A stretch of DNA of 64,000 nt, taken from NCBI RefSeq assembly GCF_009914755.1, contig NC_060935.1. The stretch is one strand, 5' to 3'. Shown here one piece after another: positions 54,716-64,000 of the stretch. Origin of the DNA: the human T2T-CHM13v2.0 reference genome, Homo sapiens. Below the pieces are notes generated by a model, which did not search any database, was not told the DNA's origin, and saw nothing but the letters and a program-made list of their open reading frames with translations. Both the position numbers and the translations under genes were made by a program. Position 1 is the first letter of the stretch; each line of letters opens with the position of its first letter.

Positions 54716-57700
54716 AAGTTATACCTATTCATTATCCTACCAGTCCTGCTAGACAGTGCAGCTTCCCAGCCTACTAGACAAGTGGGAGACCCTGCAGGGG
54801 CTGGGCCTTGCAGAGTGACAGGGAGGCTGGGCAGGCCTAGGGTAGTGTGGCCCTTTGCCCCTGCTGGCTGGGTTGATGATAGGGGCAGGCCGGGTGCTAA
54901 TGCAATCACAAAGCAGGCGGGCAACAGGAAACTTGAGGGGGTGTCCTCAAAGCTGAGTCCACAGAGGGGAGCACGACCCCTGACCTCATAGATCTCTCAG
55001 CCTTGGCCCAAACGAGCTAGAAAATGAGGAAATGTCCCCCCACCCACTTTCCTAGCAACCTGTCCCCATAGGGTGTGACAGGGCATGTGAGAACACACAG
55101 GCCTCAGACCAAGAGCTGGGAAAGTTGACCAAAAAGAGCTGAGCCTGTGGACAGAAATGGCAGTCTTGCAACTTCCTCTCATGGTTGAGACACTGGGAGA
55201 GGCTCCCTGGGCCCCAGCCAGGGTCAACTGGGCCCCTCCGAGCTCCCCAAGTTTTGTTGACAGCACTGGGCTGGCTCTTCAGTGCATTAAGGCCTTCAAC
55301 AATGATTGACTCGGGGCCTCTGCATGCCAGGCAGCCCAAACAGGCAGGGCCCTTCATCCCCGCCCTCATGGGCCTGCTCTTCAGCAGGGCAAGACCCACG
55401 ATGAACTCATGATAGCGAGTGTTCCATTGCATGTTGGAAGGTGACACTCGCCATAGGAACAAGGGCATGCAGCAGGATAAGGGGCTTGCGGTAGGGGATG
55501 GAGTGGGTGGGGACAGTTTGCAGCATTCACGAGAGCAGGCAGGGCAGGCTTCACCAAGAGAGGTGCATCCGGCAAACCCTGGAAGCAAGTGAGGGAGCGA
55601 GCCAAGCAGATGTCTGGGAGAAGAATTCCGGGCAGAGGGACTAGTCAGTGCCAATGCCCCAGGCAGGAGCGTGAGCCAGAGATGGCAAGGAGGCCTATGG
55701 GGGCACAGCCAGTGGCAGAAGCTCAGACAGGGCCAGTCAGGTCAGGCCATGGTATGGAATTTGGCTTTGACTCCAGGAAACATGGAGTGTGTCGCAGGGT
55801 GTGTCCTCTCTTATTCAAACCTGAAGCTGGTGCCGTGGTACACATGAGGAGACTGAGGCTCAGAAGTGGCCGTGACTCGGCACAGCGTGGCTTGGTCAAT
55901 CCGGGGTGTAGGTGAGGCTTTCGCCCAGATCCACCTGAGACCTAGACCCCAGCTCTGCACCATGGCAGTGCTCCAGTGCTTGTGGGTGGTGACAGGCAAG
56001 CACTGGAGGGTGCCCGTGCTGGGCACTAACTCACCCCTCCCTCACGTAACCGTACGAGTCAGGCCTTGTCAGTGCCATTCTGCAGATGACGGAAGTGCAG
56101 TTCCCGGAGGTAAGGGGCACGGCCAAGGGCACACAGCCGGGAGCAGGGCAGGAGGTGATTGTGGTTCTCAGGGCCCCTCAGGCCTGTGCCTCCGTGGCTG
56201 TCCCTATCTCGAGGTTCTCTCATGGATATTTCCCCACCTAAAAGTCTTCCTGAGCTCTCGCCTGTCCTCAAGCTGAAGCCCAAACCTCCGAGGCCTGTGC
56301 GGGAACCTCCAACGCCCGGAGTCCGGCCAGCCTTTCTGCCCGTCCCCAGCCCAAGTGGCCAGCCCCACCTCCTCCTCCAGCCAGAGGACACCGCTCAGCA
56401 TTCCTGGAACCTTTCTCAGTCTCCCCAGCTTTTGCGCACAAGCCCACCCACTTCCACACCCTCAGATCTCTCTCTTTCAAGGGCTTGCCTCCTCCAGGCT
56501 GCCACCCAAGACCGCCTTCCCTCTAGTTTCCCCCCACCGCTCCCCAGCTCTGCCTCAGTCTCTTGTCCCACTCTGCCCCAGCCCCAGTGGCCAGGGGCAG
56601 CTAGACCTCCTCTGAATCCCAAATCCTGGCCAGCCTCCCACACCCTTGTCCCTGCTGACCAGCTCTACAGATGGGGCGCTCACCTCCCGGCCACATCACT
56701 CAGGCTTCGGCACCTCAAACCCACCGCCACCCACAGCGACTTCCTTCTGCTCACCACGGGCAGCACCACACCCCCCTGCTCGCTCACTGAGGACAGGAGC
56801 TGCCTCCCCACCCCAGACCCTTCCCCTGTGGAGCCCCCTCCACCATGCCCTGGTCTCTAGGTTCCCCTGAGTCTTTCCCTACGGATTGACTGTGTGGCCT
56901 TTGGGTGAGTTCCTTCCCCTCTGCAGAGCTCAGATGCTCCAATTTTACAGAGCGGTCAACAGTACCCACTTCCCAGCATTGTCCTGAGGACGGAAAGAGA
57001 TGGTCTGTGAAAGCCTTTGCTTGGTATACAGTAGCAGTTCAATGAATGCACATTTCCTCCATTGACCTCCACAAATGCAGAGGTTAGGAGTATGGCTTCG
57101 GAGACCCTGATTAGAATCCTATCCTCGCTCCTCATTCACTATGTGGCTGACGGGAGAGTCACTCACTTCTCAGAGCCTCAGTGTCCTCATCTGCAAAATG
57201 GGAACATTAATAGAATATACCTCGCGGGGTTGCATGAACTAGATGAGGTAGCATGTGGCTATCTGTGTGTGACAGGCCCTGCATCCCACCATAGGGAGCA
57301 AGTTCAGCCCTGTCTTCAGCCCTCCAAGCTCCCACCCTGGGCCTCTCCACCGCGGACTCGGAGAAACAGAAATGCAGAGAGAAGCTCTGGAAGCTGGCAG
57401 AGGAGGCCCTGAGGCAGCGGCATCTTAGCCTCTGCCCCTGGATGGTTCCCCACCTGCCTGGGGCCCCCGGGCTGCATTTTGCGCTCACTCTCCCTGTCTG
57501 AGAAACCAGCTCTTGGGAGGAAAAGCCAGCCTGGGAAAAAGGGCCTAGCTCTGGAATAGGGACCCTGTGATAAGATGAGCAGGGCCCTTTGAAAAGACAA
57601 GGAAACTAATAATGACAGCTCCCACCATGGGCCCAGCACATGAGATCTTTACAATAGGGTTATCCATTTTACAGATGAGAAATGGGGCTCAGAGTGGACG

Positions 57701-59049
57701 CTTACACCTGCTCCAGGAAGAAGGGCCAAAATCAGGATTTGCACCCAGGCTTGAATTCCTCTCAAGCCTGTGCTCTTAGCCCAAGGCTGCCTGAGTGTGT
57801 GCCTTGAGCCCTTGGGACAAACAAGGGAGAGTGGGCCCTGAGGGGCCAGTGAATGAGGAGCTGAATTCAGCTTTGAGGCTCTGGGGCCCAAGAACAGTGC
57901 AGGGATGCCCAGGGGTCCCGGCTAGGGGTTGGGGGGCAGCCCAGGGTGAAGGAGCAGGAGGCCTGGGCCTGGAAGGAGTTAACTGCGTGAGGGGCCCGAG
58001 TGAATCAGAGGCTCCGCAAGCTATGATGGAAATTCCCTGTGCATGGCGTGTGGTCACCCAGAAAAGGGAAACGGTGCTTTTCGGAGCAGGGGACGGCGGG
58101 GGCTGGAGCTAGGGAGCAGACACCAGCCTGGGTGGGGCTGGTGAGGGTATTGTGACAAAGGAGGCCTGGCGTCCAGGTCTGCTCAGGCCTTGGGCGGGAA
58201 GAAGGAGTTGAGGAGCCACCAGGCCAGGCCAGGCCTGATTGTGCCATGGTGTGTCCATGGGCCCTGATGGATGAATAGGAGTTCACCAGGCCCAGACCAA
58301 AGAAAGGCACTTCAGACCAGAGGAAATGCTAGAGCCAAGGCACAGGGCTGTGACTCAGCATGGAGCCTATCCACTCTGCTTTTGCTGGCAAACTCGTTTC
58401 TGTCCTTCAAGGCCCATCCAAGTAACACCTCTCCCCACCCCAGGCAACACTCATAACTCCTCTAAGTCCCACTGCCTTGGTTTCCCTCTTGGAGCTCATA
58501 GGATTTTGTAAGTTATCTGCCTTCCCCATAGGACTATGGGTTCCACAAGGGCAGGGGCTGTGTCCCAGCTGTAGAAACAGCTTGTGCCCAGCACAGGGCC
58601 AGCACCAAGTAGGCGCTCTGTATTTGTGGAATGACAATTTCGCAGAAGAGGAATGTGGGACCCAGAGAGGTCGGGGGTGCTCAGTCAGCCAGCTGGTGCG
58701 GCAGAGCGGGGCTCAGGCCGGGCTCCTCCTCAGTTGGGACTGGTCAGGAGGGAAGGAACATGGCAGGAAGATCCCTCCCCTGGGGCAGGGCAGGGGGAGA
58801 CGGCAGGGGCCACTGGGCGCTGATGGCCAGCCAGGGAAGGTAACAGGTGGTGCTATGGTCCACGCCCTGCTTCCCCCTTGAGCTTCAGGCCAACCCTGCT
58901 CCTGCCCTGGTCACAGCGCTAGAAAACGTCCGCCCTCCCAGGAGGGAGATGAAGGTACAAGATGAAGCAAGGAGCAGTCAGAGGAAGAGAGAAGGACACT
59001 GGGTTCTAGATTTCCCCAGTGAAATCTAGAATCTCCAGACACTTTGTAG

Positions 59050-59361
<312 letters not shown>

Positions 59362-60139
59362 TGATGGAGAAAATGGAATAGGCTTGTTCTGAGGACAGAA
59401 TAAACTAATGGATGTAACTGTAAACCTTTGTACCGACGTGAGGGAAACTGCCTGTTAGCTGCAGTGACTATTGTGTAGTCTGGTCTCTCCCTGGGGGCTG
59501 TGGCAGTACCATCCCACCAGCCAGCTCCTAAGCAGTGTTAGGCTCGGGCCCAGCGTCCATCTGTCCCAGCTCAAGTCTGTGCCTGGTGAAGGCCTATGAC
59601 CTGCGCCAGCCTGACAAGGGGGTCAAAACCCAACTTGGATGGCTGAGAATGATGGCCGGGGCTTCCTGTCCAGAAACGAGCCCCCTGACGGCCTCAGCTG
59701 CTCCAGCTCCACCACAGCACCCCAGATTTCTGGGCCCTCTCGTGTCTGCTTGAAGGTCAAGGGCATCCTGAGAAGCTGCCCTCAGGCGAGGACCGGTGGC
59801 ATGGAGGTGACCATCGGGGTTGGAGTGTTTCCAAGCATGAAGGGGAACTGAGAACTGTGGGAATGGGCCTTGTGTAGTGCAGGGTGGGCCGGGCCTGGTG
59901 GGAGGGGGCCTGCTCCCGGGAGCTCAGACTGATGGGGTCCTGGGGTGAAGAGGAGAGGGGGAGCCCCAGGCAGAGGTGGGGTTGGGGGACACCATGGGGT
60001 GCTTGCAGGTCAATCCAGAGTGGGCTGGCCAGGCAGTGGGAGGTGGGGGAGCTGTGCGGGGAAGGAAAGAGGAAGCCAAGGGGAGAGGGGGATGGGCTGC
60101 TGGGGATGGAGTGGGGGTGGGGGCTGGGGGCCTGGAGCC

Positions 60140-60460
60140 ACTTTGGCCGCAGCCACTTCACTTCTCCTGGTTTCGGTTTGTAAATAGCTGTCGGCTCCGT
60201 AGGGCAGGATGGGCCTGTCCCTTCTGTGGCCTGTGTCCAGGGAAGCCCAGATCTAAGGAGCTACAGATGCTCAAGCCCTGGATTGGGGGACCCCAGGATG
60301 CCTGCAACCCAGCCAGCCTTTGCCTGGGTCGGTGGGTTCTGGGGGCCCAGTTCTGGGCAGTTGCAACCTGTGGTCACTGAGGTAATGCAGCTGGGCTGGG
60401 GGAGCTTCAGAACATGATGACTCGGCCACCCTGGGCTTATTTATAACTGGGCCTCCGTGG
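60140..60460. promoter_or_regulatory. Myeloid enhancer about 15 kb upstream of SPI1
   Basis: IRF/PU.1-like AAACCGAAACCAGGAGAAGTGAAGTG (minus strand, 60179-60154), C/EBP-like GTTGCAAC and TGAGGTAAT, RUNX TGTGGT at 60369-60374, MEF2 TTATTTATAA at 60437-60446. Confidence 0.65.
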
Positions 60461-61669
60461 CCAGAGCAGCTGCTGAGCCGCCAACTCAGCACTCAGGCTG
60501 GCCTGAAACACCAAGGCAGGGAACAGGACAGTGAGGGCCAGGCTGCCCTGACGGCCCCTCAGGCTGAGTCAAGGGGTCTTGGGTTCTCCAAGGCCTCTTT
60601 GGCTGGGACTGTGATGTGATGGGCGGGACTTGGGTTTTAGGGGAGCTTCTTGTGGAGCCGGCGTCTTGAACCTCCTGGACCAAAGGGATGGTTGAGCCTA
60701 GCCGGTGGACTGGCCACTACCAGGGGGCACAGGGCTCGGCCTTCTCGCAAAGAGCCTCTTCCTCCGAGGTCAGATGCTGTCAGCAAACTTGACCAGAAGC
60801 AAAGTCATCTCCCCTCCCCTTCTTGCAATATCAGCTTAAAAACAAAACACAACAGATTCGGGGAAAGGGCAGTTCGGACACCGAAGGCCTGACCCCAGGC
60901 AGGCTGGCAGGTGGGAGAGGCGTGGGTCTTTCCTGAGGTGCCCACGTCACCCCACACCAGCATCCACCTCCTCGGCAGCTGGGAAGGGCTGGTCCTGCCC
61001 CACCCTGCAAATGACCGCGTCTTCTTTCTGAGGAAGTGTGCGAGGGGGTGTCAGGCCCTTTCCCAAGGTTTGCAGGAATAAAGCCTAGTCCTCCCAGATC
61101 AGCGTGGCCTCCGCCGCCCCAGATTCCATCAGCACCCTGTCTGCAAAACATGGGCCTGCTCCTCCCACCTCCAAGCCTTGCTCCAGTGTGGAACCCCCAC
61201 CAGCCTCGCCTGTTCCCCTCTCTGCCAAGGTCTACACCAGGTTCCACCTCCAAGGCCCCAGCCTCAGTGCTGTCCCCAAAGCTTTGGCTCTTGGGAATGC
61301 AAAGCCCAACGAATGTGAGAACCGGGATGGGAATGGGCGAGGGGTTTTAGACCATGGATGCCGAGGTACTGCAGGAAAGAGGAAGGCGGGCCTGGAGCGG
61401 GAGAGATGGCGGTGGCGCCTGGCGAGCGCAGAGTTGAGACCAGAGCCACGTGCCCTGACTCCCCTCCTAGCGCTCTCACCCCTGGACCTCTGACCTCCGA
61501 CCTCTGAGACCACCTGCCTGGCCCCTTCCTCTTGGCGGAAGCTGTTAGGGAAGGGAGGGATGGTGGCCTGCTGTGGGGGAAAACTCGGGCCACCACTGCT
61601 TGGGTCTGGGGTCTGGGGCCTAGGGCTGCTGGGCCCACGTAGGCCCCTCTGGGCAGGGTCACAGCGCCC

Positions 61670-61870
61670 AGCCTGGAGCCGCCCGGGCTGCAGCTGCCCC
61701 TGTTTCCACATCGGCAGCAGCAAGGCCGGCGCCTGAGAAAACAGGAAGCGCCCAGTCACCACAGGAAGCATGTGTGCGCCGCCTCCCCACCCCCGGCCCA
61801 TTGCAAAACGCCAACAGCCCATTACCACAGGCACCGCACAGCGGCCCAGAGAAACGCTCCGGCCACCAGG
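61670..61870. promoter_or_regulatory. PU.1 upstream regulatory element (URE), proximal homology region, about -16.4 kb
   Basis: PU.1/ETS sites AAAACAGGAAG (61738-61748) and CAGGAAG (61762-61768), three RUNX sites (61758-61763, 61824-61829, 61833-61838), Sp1-like GC box, C/EBP ATTGCAAAA at 61800-61808, E-box at 61691-61696; matches the known URE architecture. Confidence 0.9.
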
Positions 61871-62347
61871 CCTGCCGAGGAGCCGGACACAGCCTCCGGC
61901 CCTCGCCAGCCTGGGCCAGGCCTCAGGGGGATGTCCAGCCGCGGCCTGGAGGAGCCCAGAGTCCCCCAGGCCTCAGGCCTCAGCCTTCTTCTGGGCTCTC
62001 AGCTCAATCCCCAGGCCAGCCAGGGCCAGGCCTACTTTGGCCACCCTTAAATCAGAATGTGGGGTCAGGGGTCACAGAAAAGCCATTTCTCTGACCTAGT
62101 GTTTGGCGTCCGGGAACTCTGTGCCCAACCTTCAGACCCTGGCAGTCCTCACTGAGGCCATTGGCCCAGAGCCCGCCATCCCCCGAGACCCCCGGGAGCC
62201 GCCTGTTGCCACGTCCACACCTGCCACACCCTCTGCCGGGCCCCAGCCCCTCCCAACCGGGACCGTGCTGGTCCCTGGGGGTCCTGCCCCACCTTGCCTT
62301 GGGGAGGCATGGGCCCTCCTCCTCCCACCCTGCCGGCCGTCACTCAC

Positions 62348-62487
62348 CTCTTGCTTCTGGTCCCCCAGGCCTAGCCCTTGGAAGGAGACAGGAGTCTAGG
62401 GAGGCTGAAGCCCACTCCCGGGGAGGCCCGTGCTCCTCCAGCCCCAGGGACAGCAAGGAAAAGAGAAGAGAGCAGAGCATTTCATGG
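62348..62487 (-). ncRNA. Candidate exon of the URE-region lncRNA (LOUP / SLC39A13-AS1)
   Basis: Long polypyrimidine tract with TAG acceptor, and GAG|GTGAGT donor. LOUP is known to arise from the URE on the SPI1 strand; the boundaries given here are inferred from motifs only. Confidence 0.45.
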
Positions 62488-62560
62488 CTATAATAAATCA
62501 AAGGGGGAAGTCGAAGCAAGAGAAATAACAAACTTCCCTTGCCTGGGCATGGGGACCTGC
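62430..62560. promoter_or_regulatory. PU.1 URE, distal homology region, about -17.1 kb
   Basis: TCF/LEF site ATCAAAG at 62497-62503, AT-rich CTATAATAAAT (SATB1-type), PU box-like AAAGGGGGAAGT at 62500-62511. Confidence 0.75.
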
Positions 62561-63181
62561 CAGGCAGCAGCCCCCGGGTGCCCCGCGGCCTTCCCTCCTT
62601 CCTCCTGCCTCCCTGGCCAGTACCCAGATCTCTCTTCAGGCCTAGGTACCCCCATCTACCCAGAGACACCCGCCCCTGGACACCCAACAGCCCTCCTCGC
62701 TGCACTCCCCGGGCTGGCACCTCTCCACTTGGCCTCAGTTTCCTCTTAATTGGCACAGAAAGCCCTGGGTCGCGTGGTCAGGCTGCCCAGCAGACAGGGA
62801 TGAAGACAGAAGACAGGCAGTGCCCCCTCTGAACCAAGGCCCCTCAGTGGACAAAGGGAGGGGTGAGGTGTCCTGAGAACTCCTAGCGGGACACTTGGAG
62901 CCGGATGGACAAACATCTGGGAGCCAAGATGAGAGGGAGAGGCAGCAGAGTTCAGAGCAGAGATGGGGCCAGCCCCAGGCCATGACAGCTGGCAGGCCCT
63001 CAACCATCAACCTCAGCCATCCCTGAACTTCTCCCCAGCCAGACCAGGTGGCCCAGGGCCTGGGGCTTGAAGGGCCTGGAGGTCACCGTGGGGCATGAGA
63101 TGTCCACAGCCTCAGGACATAACCCGGGTGTATCTTCTCGGAACATCCACTCAGGTAGAAGACTGAGAGGAAGATGTTTTA

Positions 63182-63906
<725 letters not shown>

Positions 63907-64000
63907 CTAGCTCAGAAGTTTGCAATGAGGGACAAATGAGGCTGTGGAGTGGGGCCTTGGGGTAATCGTTTGGCCGGCAACACACTGCGGCCACCCACCT

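Noticed and set aside
55052-56860. ORFs of 200 and 233 aa upstream of SPI1
   Set aside because: Low-complexity Pro/Ser/Leu content, no recognisable domain or exon structure, GC-rich background

Overview
Human genomic DNA, chromosome 11p11.2, recognised from the encoded proteins. Two genes lie in tandem on the minus strand. MYBPC3 (cardiac myosin-binding protein C) is present as the promoter plus exons 1-26 and the first 29 nt of exon 27, at 1-17533, including two 3-nt microexons. SPI1 (PU.1) is complete, with 5 exons at about 19685-45394. About 18.6 kb of SPI1 upstream DNA follows, containing an enhancer at about -15 kb and the two-part URE at -16.4/-17.1 kb, where the LOUP/SLC39A13-AS1 lncRNA region lies. 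I checked every exon boundary against GT/AG and reading frame. The window is Alu-rich and has large low-complexity tracts; most ORFs in the track are artefacts of these. This is a well-studied locus and I cannot show a wholly new system. The best leads are: (1) an in-frame SPI1 exon 4 to MYBPC3 exon 2 read-through fusion; (2) a roughly 15-unit minisatellite built from the MYBPC3 exon 12 splice donor; (3) a two-donor templated insertion 1.2 kb upstream of the SPI1 TSS; (4) a 140-nt exon-like unit with small ORFs inside the distal URE; (5) a stop-free, in-frame exon 3-4 circle flanked by inverted Alus; (6) a perfect DR4 element next to the PU.1 antisense promoter; and (7) an apparent 2-kb excess in SPI1 intron 2 relative to the reference length I recall. 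Variant names and reference lengths are from memory and are flagged as such.
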